Positions 8,738 through 16,588 of a stretch of 32,000 bases of DNA are shown piece by piece. This DNA comes from Sedimentisphaera cyanobacteriorum. Its GTDB lineage: Bacteria; Planctomycetota; Phycisphaerae; Sedimentisphaerales; Sedimentisphaeraceae. The notes under the pieces are model-generated. The model did no database searches. It saw nothing but the letters and a program-made list of their open reading frames with translations, and was not told the DNA's origin. The stretch lies in NCBI RefSeq assembly GCF_001997385.1, contig NZ_CP019633.1:990001-1022000 (forward strand), read 5' to 3'. Each line of letters opens with the position of its first letter. The first letter of the stretch is position 1. The position numbers were made by a program, and so were the translations under genes.

Positions 8738-10433
8738 TATACTCATTAAAAATTGGTTCAAAAGCAATAGAGAAATAATCGCTTTCGAGTAGTTTATTGT
8801 AATATGAAGCCATCTTAAAAGCAACACAGGGCATCCTGCCGCCGGCATCCCTTATCACAAAACGAAGATGCTCTCTGGTTGAACCGATTTTCTGCGGACT
8901 GCCCTCAAGCCTTACGCCTTTTGCGGCAAATACAGGACGGGGGTTGCCCTTTCCAAACGGGGCAATCTTCTCGAGCTGCTGAAATGTCCGAACGCTGAAG
9001 TTCTTAATACCGAACCAGCCTTCAAGCTCGAGCTTTTGTATGAGGATTTCGTCAGAGACGTTGTCTTTGGCATAATTCTCGAAATCTTCCACAAATCTCG
9101 GGAGATTTTCTGTTTCGATTGTGATGCCCGCTGCCTCGGAATGACCTCCAAATTTAACAAGATGATCTGAGCAGGCATTTATCGCATTCAGTATGTTGAA
9201 GCCTTCTATCGTTCGTGCTGAGCCGGTAGAAAGTTTGCCGTCTGAATTGAGCAGTATAGTAGGCTTGTAAAACTTCTCTATAATCCTTGAGGCCACAATA
9301 CCCACAATGCCAAGGTGCCACTCCTCGCCTGCAATTATAATGCTTCGCCGGTCTGGGTGGTCTAGGCCCGTGGCAGAGATAAGATGGGAGGCCTCCTTGA
9401 ATATTTTCTTTTCAATTTTTTTCCGCTGATTGTTCTGCTCTTTGAGATACTCAGCTATTCTCAATGCCCTGATCTCGTTATCTGTTGTGAGCAGTTCTAC
9501 TGCAAGCCTTGCATGCCCCATTCTGCCTGAGGCATTGAGCATTGGGGAAATCCTGAAGCTCAAATCAAATGTGTCAAGGGGCTTGCCGCTCAAGCCGGCT
9601 GCATTCATCAATGCCCTTACACCGGGCAAATTTGAAAGCCTAAGTGAATTTAGTCCGTAGCTGATCAGCGATCGGTTCTCCCCGGTTAGAGGCATCACAT
9701 CTGCCACTGTACCCAGAGAAGCGAAATCGGTGGAGATAAGCAGCAGATCCCTGCACTGCTTGTCTGAGAGGCCGCTGCCGCGATACTCCTCGCACAGCGC
9801 CCATGCAAGCTTCATCGCCACCATCGCTCCGCAAGATTTGGGGCTTGGATAATCATCGAGCATAGGGTGTATTACCGCCGAGGCAGATTCGGGCAGCTTT
9901 TCTTCGGGAACGTGATGATCTGTTATGACAACTTCCATCCCCAAACTGACTGCATAATCCACCTCCCTGCTGCTGCAAATTCCGCAGTCAACGGTTATGA
10001 GCAGTTCAGCCCCGCTCTGGGCGATTTCATCCAAGGCTGCGGTGTTAAGGCCGTAGCCCTCTTCTATTCTGTGAGGTATATAGAAGTTGTATTTTGCCCC
10101 CAGAGCATCAAAAATCCGGCAAAGGATAGAAGTGGCTGTTATTCCGTCAACATCATAATCGCCGTAAACAAAGATCTTTTTGCAGTCCTTAACCGCTTCA
10201 GCTATCTTCTCTACAGCCGCCTCCATCTGAGAAAAACGCTCGGGAAGAATCAAATCTTTCAGTGAAGGCTTGAGAAATTTTTTCGCCTCTTCCTGCTCTG
10301 TAATCTTCCGGTTTATAAGCACCTGAGCAACAGCGGGAGTAACACCGAGCTCAGAGCAAACATCTTTTATCCTGTCATTGTCAACGTCTTTGACCTGCCA
10401 TTTTTTCTCTATATTGCTGAGTTTATTTTTCAT
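8688..10433 (-). CDS. recJ: single-stranded-DNA-specific exonuclease RecJ
   Basis: DHH-family motifs VYGDYDVDGITA, ITVDCG, VITDHH; DHHA1 motif GGHSEAAG; length and layout match bacterial RecJ. The first ATG is at 10433; the track start at 10445 is TTG. Confidence 0.92.
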   Translation of the reverse strand: MKNKLSNIEKKWQVKDVDNDRIKDVCSELGVTPAVAQVLINRKITEQEEAKKFLKPSLKDLILPERFSQMEAAVEKIAEAVKDCKKIFVYGDYDVDGITATSILCRIFDALGAKYNFYIPHRIEEGYGLNTAALDEIAQSGAELLITVDCGICSSREVDYAVSLGMEVVITDHHVPEEKLPESASAVIHPMLDDYPSPKSCGAMVAMKLAWALCEEYRGSGLSDKQCRDLLLISTDFASLGTVADVMPLTGENRSLISYGLNSLRLSNLPGVRALMNAAGLSGKPLDTFDLSFRISPMLNASGRMGHARLAVELLTTDNEIRALRIAEYLKEQNNQRKKIEKKIFKEASHLISATGLDHPDRRSIIIAGEEWHLGIVGIVASRIIEKFYKPTILLNSDGKLSTGSARTIEGFNILNAINACSDHLVKFGGHSEAAGITIETENLPRFVEDFENYAKDNVSDEILIQKLELEGWFGIKNFSVRTFQQLEKIAPFGKGNPRPVFAAKGVRLEGSPQKIGSTREHLRFVIRDAGGRMPCVAFKMASYYNKLLESDYFSIAFEPIFNEYNGEKRPQFVVRDFKFD

Positions 10434-10774
10434 TCTAAGCTGCAAAACGCTTTCATTTTCTGAACAAAGTTACCAAACGGCTTATTATATTGATTACGTG
10501 CAAATCTTCCAGTTTTCAGGCAAAGCAGTTGAATCTGTCGTTCAGAGATTTATTTCCTGGTATAATTGTAAAACTTTGTGCTCAATAGTTCTTTTCGAAA
10601 CACGAAACACCCTAATGGCACGAAGAATGTGCGTATATTCTTTATTGACATGACTTTACACACTATATTAAATCTGCGTGCAATCTGTGTATAATATTGT
10701 TCGATACGAAATGAATTTGGGTGGCAAAATTCATTTTTTTACTTCGTGATGAAGAATGGACTAAAACATCAGTT

Positions 10775-11299
10775 TCAAACAGCAATATCCTCTCTGCGAA
10801 GCTCGATATTCAATCTTCTTCTCAGTTTTTTATGTATTTTCTGAAGCTTATAATGGACGCATCTAATGGAGTTGGAATGTATTTCTGCAAGAGACTTGAG
10901 GGTGAGGCTGTCTTCATAACGCTCGGACAGAAATGTCTTCTCTTCTTTTGATAGCTGATGGAGCTGTTTTTCAAGCACCTCCTCGATCTCATCTTTCTGC
11001 TTTTGGTTGAATCTGTCTGATTGACAGAGCAAAGGCTCAAGGAAATCAGGGGCGTGCGAATGAACTTTGCCGTGCCTTTTTTGCAGATTGTAGTACCGCA
11101 GAATCTGAAGCCTTGCGATAGTAAGAGCCCAAGCCTTAAACTGTTCACTGTCTGGAAATGGCCTGTACTTTTTCCACATTACAAGGCACACCTCCTGCAT
11201 AATGTCTTCTGCGTCATTCTTGTCTGAGACGTGAAATGTTATGTAGCGAAAAATAATCTTATCAATCTTTTGAAACATTCTTACAAAGCTCTTGTCCAT
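10775..11299 (-). CDS. ECF-type RNA polymerase sigma factor (second copy, no cognate anti-sigma downstream)
   Basis: Region 2 motif DAEDIMQEVCLVMW...FKAWALTIARLQILRYY and a C-terminal region-4 HTH (LTLKSLAEIHSNSIRCVHYKLQKIHKKL). ATG at 11299 has AGGA 8 nt upstream; the track start at 11320 is TTG. Confidence 0.85.
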   Translation of the reverse strand: MDKSFVRMFQKIDKIIFRYITFHVSDKNDAEDIMQEVCLVMWKKYRPFPDSEQFKAWALTIARLQILRYYNLQKRHGKVHSHAPDFLEPLLCQSDRFNQKQKDEIEEVLEKQLHQLSKEEKTFLSERYEDSLTLKSLAEIHSNSIRCVHYKLQKIHKKLRRRLNIELRREDIAV

Positions 11300-11350
11300 T
11301 ACAATATCCTCTAAACGCAAACAATCTGTTAAAGATTAATAATTACAAAA

Positions 11351-13063
11351 CTACCGGCCGTCGTTCAGGTTCAAAACAGGCTCCTTGAGTACAGACCAGC
11401 AGTAGTTAATAGTTCGTCTATCAGCAGGTACAGCTGTTATCACAGTTAGGAAATGATCTGAAGGCTTAATAGAGACATCAATATCGCAGGGCTGGTCTTT
11501 TGGTGTCTGGGCCTTCTTCTGAAATTCCTGCTCGCCGTCCAGCAGAACATATATGTCGCAGGATGGAATTTTTATTTCTGAGAAGTTTTTATTTGTTTTT
11601 AGTTTGGAGTTGTCAAATATTGTATCGGAAAGGCCGAACTGGGCTGTAAAGCTGCTGAGAGCCGCATCACCATAAGCCTCTCTGATTCTGCTTAAATCGA
11701 AGGTAATTCCCTGATTTGGATGGATGAAAATACCCTTAGTTTTTGGGAAGCTCAAAATCTCGCCGGCAAGGCTTAGATTATGCTTGAAAACCTCAGGATT
11801 TTCAAAATGAACTGCACCATTAAGAATCCCACCCCAATAACGGCCTGAAGTCTTAAAGAAATCCCTAAAAGTATGTCCTTGCGAAGTAATCTTAACTTCT
11901 CCATCCTCAGCGCCTGGCACAAACACTCCATCAACAAACGGCAAATCCTTTACAGAATTGTATTTATTCGACTTTGATTTCTTCATTAGCATACGAAGTG
12001 TTCTTCTCTGTCCAAAGCGGCCGTTGAGCGAATTAAGCCCAAAGCCCTGCTTACCAGACCCAAGCCCGTTTCCTCCGCCTACAATATCAGCCAAATCAAT
12101 CTGTTTTTCCCCCCGCCAGACTATCTGGGAGTTTTCGTTGAAATGGCGGGCAAACTTATTTTTCTGCAAATCAATTTTTTCAACAGCTAAAGACTCCTGC
12201 GACACCTTGCATGCCATACTTTCAACAACATCGAACGCAGTATTATTCAGCCAGCCCTTGCTGCTTATAAGCCTTGTTTTCCCGCTGAATACGTGGAGCT
12301 GAGAACTGCCCTGCTTATCAGCCGATACGCCGAATTCTGTGCCAAGGTCAACAACTCTTGAATTATCAGTGGAAACCGCAAAGCCCACACCTTCCACCGG
12401 GACTTTTGAATAAAGGCTTCCGTAATCAAGGTTAACCTCTGAAATGCTGGAAAAACGGAATTCAGCAGGTCCTTCGACCACCAGCTTCACGCCCCTGTCG
12501 GTTTTGAATTCAGCAAGGCCTTTTTTAAGCTGAATATTCTCTAAGCCGGTATAAACTGAATCCTGTTTTTTGAAAGACTGCCTACCCCATTCAGCCTTAT
12601 AGGTGTCAGTAATAGTTGCAGCCCTTTTCATTTCAGGCACAAACAAATTCGCATATATCAGCAGAAAAATTATTGCTGCCGCAGATACAGCACCTGAAAC
12701 AACTGTAATCCAGCTGATGTTTCTCGGCTGTTTCTGCACCGAAGAGGGATAGTTCTTTTCTTTCAGCTCAGCTGCCTTAGGCTTCTTTTCTCTGCGGGAA
12801 ACAGCGGGTGCATATTTTTCATACCAAGCAAGCTCTGCGAGCACGTTGAGACAGTTCTCCTGTGAGAAGCTGTCATGCTCGCCTACATTACCTCCGATAG
12901 AATTAAGCGAGCTGCAAACCTGAATGTATTCTCTGTAAAAGTCTCTTGCCTGCTTTTCCGAGGCAAGGATTTCATTCAGCCGGTCTCTGTGCTGCTCGGT
13001 AAGCATACCGTTTATTGAACTTTCGATAAGGAGGCTGAGCTCTTTGAACTTTTGCTGGTTCAT
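11351..13063 (-). CDS. FecR-family transmembrane anti-sigma factor with large extracytoplasmic C-terminal domain
   Basis: N-terminal anti-sigma helix region, one TM helix (ISWITVVSGAVSAAAIIFLLIYANLF), then a FecR-like beta domain (GLAEFKTDRGVKLVVEGPAEF...VDLGTEFGV), then ~250 aa of uncharacterised beta-rich sequence. ATG at 13063 lies 1 nt after the upstream sigma stop, with GAGAGGG ~10 nt upstream. Confidence 0.85.
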   Translation of the reverse strand: MNQQKFKELSLLIESSINGMLTEQHRDRLNEILASEKQARDFYREYIQVCSSLNSIGGNVGEHDSFSQENCLNVLAELAWYEKYAPAVSRREKKPKAAELKEKNYPSSVQKQPRNISWITVVSGAVSAAAIIFLLIYANLFVPEMKRAATITDTYKAEWGRQSFKKQDSVYTGLENIQLKKGLAEFKTDRGVKLVVEGPAEFRFSSISEVNLDYGSLYSKVPVEGVGFAVSTDNSRVVDLGTEFGVSADKQGSSQLHVFSGKTRLISSKGWLNNTAFDVVESMACKVSQESLAVEKIDLQKNKFARHFNENSQIVWRGEKQIDLADIVGGGNGLGSGKQGFGLNSLNGRFGQRRTLRMLMKKSKSNKYNSVKDLPFVDGVFVPGAEDGEVKITSQGHTFRDFFKTSGRYWGGILNGAVHFENPEVFKHNLSLAGEILSFPKTKGIFIHPNQGITFDLSRIREAYGDAALSSFTAQFGLSDTIFDNSKLKTNKNFSEIKIPSCDIYVLLDGEQEFQKKAQTPKDQPCDIDVSIKPSDHFLTVITAVPADRRTINYCWSVLKEPVLNLNDGR

Positions 13064-13064
13064 A

Positions 13065-13589
13065 CTAATAACCCTCTCTTTCAAGGGTGTTTCTAACGCA
13101 CTTTATCAGATTGAAGTGAATTCTGGAGAAGCTCCTGAAAATAGACTGAATAGACCGCCCTGTTTTTTCGGCAATTTCGCGGAGTTTCATACCTTCGAAA
13201 TAACGCATATCAATAAGGCGACAGTCTTTGGCATTCTGCTTTGACACGCAGGACTTTAATGCTTCAATTTTTTTATCAAGTTCATTCTGCTGTTCTTGAG
13301 CCTCTTCTGCGAGCAGTTCGAATACCTCGGTTGTAAAGACAGACTTGCGTCTCTTCTTTCGGTAGTATTTCAGACATTCATATTTTGCAATTTGGGCAGC
13401 CCAAGAAACGAAATCGGAATCAGGTCTGAAACTGTCGAATTTCTGAAGCATTATTACTGAGGTGTCCTGCATAATATCATCTGCATCCGCCTTGTTGGGA
13501 ACAAGGGTAAAGATAAAATTGTAGATGCGGGGATAGTGCGCAGTTAGAAGATTTGTAAACTCTTTAGTTTTTGAAGATTTATTACTCAT
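13065..13589 (-). CDS. ECF-type RNA polymerase sigma factor (cognate of the FecR anti-sigma)
   Basis: Region 2 DADDIMQDTSVIMLQKF...FVSWAAQIAKYECLKYYRKK and region 4 MKLREIAEKTGRSIQSIFRSFSRIHFNL. Directly precedes the anti-sigma gene. Confidence 0.88.
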   Translation of the reverse strand: MSNKSSKTKEFTNLLTAHYPRIYNFIFTLVPNKADADDIMQDTSVIMLQKFDSFRPDSDFVSWAAQIAKYECLKYYRKKRRKSVFTTEVFELLAEEAQEQQNELDKKIEALKSCVSKQNAKDCRLIDMRYFEGMKLREIAEKTGRSIQSIFRSFSRIHFNLIKCVRNTLEREGY

Positions 13590-13671
13590 AATAAAAGCAT
13601 CAAATTATTCATCCTTTTACTATGTTACTCCCGAGACGGCTTATTTTTTCGGTAAAAATTGAAAATATTGC

Positions 13672-13705
13672 AAAAAAAACAGCAGGGTTATTGATAACCC
13701 CGCTG
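13672..13705 (-). terminator. intrinsic terminator downstream of the GH51 gene
   Basis: Minus-strand RNA reads CAGCGGGGUUA-UCAA-UAACCCUGCUG: a 10 bp stem with one A/C mismatch and a 4-nt loop (13680-13705), followed by U8 (13679-13672). It lies about 60 nt after the stop at 13765. Confidence 0.7.
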
Positions 13706-13764
13706 CAAGCAGGCTTAATTAGCCCGCAGAACTGATTAGACTGTAAAACTATGTCGCATTTCCC

Positions 13765-15342
13765 TTATTCCTGCTTGACAACAAAGGCCGACACGGATTT
13801 TGACGGAAGTTCAAGAGTCAAAGTTCTGCCTCTGACTTTTTCAGCCTCGAGGGGGGAAGGCTTAACATTTTCGGGACTTCTGAAAGTGTTGCAGGAGTTG
13901 ATCTTATCTGCTGTTAGGGTTCTGCCGGAAACATCAGAAATATCACCGCCCTCAATTTCAATGGAGACCTTCTCTTCAGAATTATGGTTAAGGTTGCAGA
14001 CTGTGATATAGATCCCGTCCTCCGTTTTTGAAGCCGACACATTCAATGCCGGCAGTTTTTTTCCGTCAAGCCCATAAGCACTGGTTTGCAGTCTGGTATC
14101 CATAAGCTCACCACCCTGATGGTGTTTGAACATTTCAAACACGTGATAAGTTGGCGTAAGAATCATCTGCTCGCCCTTTGTAAGTATCATAGCCTGAAGC
14201 ACATTGACAGTTTGGGCAATATTTGCCATTTTAACCCTTTCGCAATGTCTGTTGAATTCATTCAGAAATATCCCTGCGGAAACAGCATCCCTAACAGTAT
14301 TCTGCTGATACAGGAAGCCGGGCTTTGAGCCGGGCTGACGATTCCACCAAGCGCCCCACTCATCGACATAAAGCTCGACCTTGTTGTCGGGGTCGTATTT
14401 ATCCATAATCTTGATATGAGCAGCAAGGAGATCTCTAACCTTCAAGGCATTGTCCATCAATGTGAACCAGTCATTTTCGCCGAATTCGGTAGCGCTGCCT
14501 TTATCGCCCCAGCCGCCGGTCATAATGTAGTAATGGAGGCTTATCGCATCCATCTTACCGCGGCAGTTTCTCATTAACACTTCCATCCAGCGAGTGTCCC
14601 AGCTGTTCGGGCCGCAGGCAATTTTTTTAACCCGGCTGCCCGGGTAATTCTTAACATAAGTCTGGTAGCGTTTGTAAACATCTGAGTAGTACTCCGGAGT
14701 CATATTTCCGCCGCAGCCCCAGTTTTCATTACCCACGCCGAAATACTTCACGTCCCAGGGCTCTTTCCTGCCGTTTTGCCGGCGGAGGTTAGCCATCTCG
14801 CTCTTGCCAGCAAACGTGAGATACTCCACCCAGTCCATCATCTCTTCAGGTGTTCCCGAACCAACGTTACCTGCAATATACGCCTCACAGTCCAGCAGTT
14901 CGCACAGACGCATAAATTCGTGAGTGCCGAAGGAGTTGTCTTCTGTTACCATCCCCCAATGGGTGTTTACAATCTCCGGCCTCTGGTCTTTGGGGCCAAT
15001 GCCGTCTTTCCAGTGATACTCGTCCGCAAAGCAGCCTCCCGGCCAGCGGAGCACAGGAATATTGAGCTGCCTGAGAGCTTCAAGCACATCCTTGGGGATA
15101 CCTTTAACGTTCGGGATATCCGATTCTTCTCCAACCCATATCCCCCCGTATATACATCTGCCGAGATGTTCGGCGAAATGCCCGTAGATCTCTGGAGCGA
15201 TCACAAGAGGTTTGCTCATCTCGGAAATGGTTAATTTATTCACATCAGAATCATCCATTACAACCGTTTCGGATATCCCTGCCGAGGCGGAGAAAAGCAG
15301 GAAAGCAGTAATGCAAATTGCAGCATTTTTGAATATTCTCAT
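13765..15342 (-). CDS. abfA: alpha-L-arabinofuranosidase, glycoside hydrolase family 51, secreted
   Basis: Signal peptide MRIFKNAAICITAFLLFSASAG and RBS GGAG. GH51 hallmarks: YGHFAEHLGRCIYGGIW, RWPGGCFADEYHWKDGIGP, GNENWG (acid/base Glu), VDEWGAW (nucleophile Glu). Confidence 0.9.
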   Translation of the reverse strand: MRIFKNAAICITAFLLFSASAGISETVVMDDSDVNKLTISEMSKPLVIAPEIYGHFAEHLGRCIYGGIWVGEESDIPNVKGIPKDVLEALRQLNIPVLRWPGGCFADEYHWKDGIGPKDQRPEIVNTHWGMVTEDNSFGTHEFMRLCELLDCEAYIAGNVGSGTPEEMMDWVEYLTFAGKSEMANLRRQNGRKEPWDVKYFGVGNENWGCGGNMTPEYYSDVYKRYQTYVKNYPGSRVKKIACGPNSWDTRWMEVLMRNCRGKMDAISLHYYIMTGGWGDKGSATEFGENDWFTLMDNALKVRDLLAAHIKIMDKYDPDNKVELYVDEWGAWWNRQPGSKPGFLYQQNTVRDAVSAGIFLNEFNRHCERVKMANIAQTVNVLQAMILTKGEQMILTPTYHVFEMFKHHQGGELMDTRLQTSAYGLDGKKLPALNVSASKTEDGIYITVCNLNHNSEEKVSIEIEGGDISDVSGRTLTADKINSCNTFRSPENVKPSPLEAEKVRGRTLTLELPSKSVSAFVVKQE

Positions 15343-15397
15343 TTAAAAGCTCCTATAAACTAAACATAATAATTAGATTTGATTAATTCAAAATTAA

Positions 15398-15429
15398 GGG
15401 GACTTTGAAGCGAATGCTTCTCAGCCCCC
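15398..15429 (-). terminator. probable intrinsic terminator downstream of the pseudopilin gene
   Basis: Imperfect hairpin GGGG..GAAGC-GAAT-GCTTC..CCCC located 30 nt after the stop at 15459. On the minus strand it is followed by the U-rich tract UUAAUUUUGAAUU. Confidence 0.45.
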
Positions 15430-15458
15430 AAAGGTTTTATTAGCTTTTAATGAACGGC

Positions 15459-16310
15459 CTACCACCAGAACCATACACCGCCTGTAGTAAGCTTGTGCTT
15501 TATATTTTCAAATTCGCCTGCATCAGTGTACTGGCCAGTATCCAGCCAGCTTACGTGGCCGTCAACATAGCCGATATTAGCGCCGTCCGGAGCGGGCTCA
15601 CCGCTTCTGCCAACATTTTGATTCTTTGATCTATGGTTAGACCTGTCAACTACACCGAACTCATTATAAGCTCCGCCGGCCTGAATCCGGAAGAAATTAG
15701 TGCCGCTGTTGTCGCTGATTATATTATCCATAATCATCGGAGTGTCGCTGGTTTCATCAACGCCTTCCAAACTTTTCACCCAGCTTGCAGATTTTCCTGT
15801 TTCAAGCTCTCTTGGAGTCATCGTTGGATTTTTGTAGAACATATAGGTGTACGGCATAACGCGATAATGCTGTTTCTGCACCTCTTCAGTCATTTTTGAC
15901 TCATCCTGAATGGGCACTGGCCCTGCGGCTGCATCGGTAGGCCAGCCGCTTCTCCAAGTAAACTGCCAGAAGCGTGCATCATCCGGCTCCCGCAGATTGT
16001 TTGAAGGGCAGAAAAATACCTCATTGTCTGTAAAGCCGGCATATTCTGCAATCTGGTTTGTAGTCCAGAAGCTCAGATCCCAGAGCCAATTGCCCTGGCC
16101 GGCGTAGTCTTCTGCGATTGTTGGAACTTTGTAATTATTCTCAGTTGCATACATATTAACGCCAACACACTGCTGCCTGACATTATTACTGCACACAGTT
16201 TTCTTTGCCGCCTCTCTTGCTTTTGAAAGCGCAGGCATCAAAACAGCCATCAAAAGAGCAATGATTGAGATAACCACCAAGAGCTCAATGAGTGTAAATG
16301 CTTTTTTCAT
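15459..16310 (-). CDS. prepilin-type N-terminal cleavage/methylation domain protein (DUF1559-family pseudopilin)
   Basis: N-terminus [28 protein letters not shown] is a class-III signal with Glu at +5. The C-terminal box [11 protein letters not shown] is typical of the DUF1559 / H-X9-DG family that is hugely expanded in PVC bacteria. RBS GAGG. Confidence 0.88.
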   Translation of the reverse strand: MKKAFTLIELLVVISIIALLMAVLMPALSKAREAAKKTVCSNNVRQQCVGVNMYATENNYKVPTIAEDYAGQGNWLWDLSFWTTNQIAEYAGFTDNEVFFCPSNNLREPDDARFWQFTWRSGWPTDAAAGPVPIQDESKMTEEVQKQHYRVMPYTYMFYKNPTMTPRELETGKSASWVKSLEGVDETSDTPMIMDNIISDNSGTNFFRIQAGGAYNEFGVVDRSNHRSKNQNVGRSGEPAPDGANIGYVDGHVSWLDTGQYTDAGEFENIKHKLTTGGVWFWW

Positions 16311-16518
16311 AATTAACCTCTTAAAACGTCCTATTAAGATATTGACAATATAATGTTTCCTGACGATTAAAATATTATCAAATCAGGAGCTGCTTAAAAG
16401 ACCATTTAACGTTAAATATTAACCATTTTGCGTTTCGTCTTATTGGTCTTTCATGAATTGAATTACAAGGGACTTGGCATATACCCATTTTCAGAAAGAT
16501 TTCAGGATCTGTTTATAT

Positions 16519-16546
16519 TTGCTAAGCAATACAATTCTGCTAAAAT
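16519..16546 (+). promoter_or_regulatory. sigma70-like promoter candidate for the GH3 gene
   Basis: TTGCTA (16519-16524), 16-nt spacer, TAAAAT (16541-16546), about 43 nt upstream of the ATG. This is a consensus match only; promoter rules in this lineage are poorly known. Confidence 0.3.
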
Positions 16547-16588
16547 AGTTAGGCAAATATTTTTTTAATTTTCAAGAGGTTTTTAAGG

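Noticed and set aside
8747-8848. Long N-terminal extension of the HAD ORF
   Set aside because: It would overlap about 160 nt of the recJ coding sequence. HAD motif I normally lies close to the N-terminus, so downstream starts (8746, 8737, 8695) are far more plausible.
9867-10265. 132-aa + strand ORF
   Set aside because: It is antisense to recJ, which has unambiguous DHH/DHHA1 motifs. I see no independent support for it.
10721-10951. 76-aa + strand ORF starting in the recJ-sigma gap
   Set aside because: Most of it is antisense to the ECF sigma gene. Its start is a GTG, not an ATG (the track shows it as M), and lies inside the hairpin loop. It has no RBS and no recognisable motif.
14776-15234. 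152-aa antisense ORF inside the GH51 gene
   Set aside because: It is a shadow ORF opposite a confidently identified gene.
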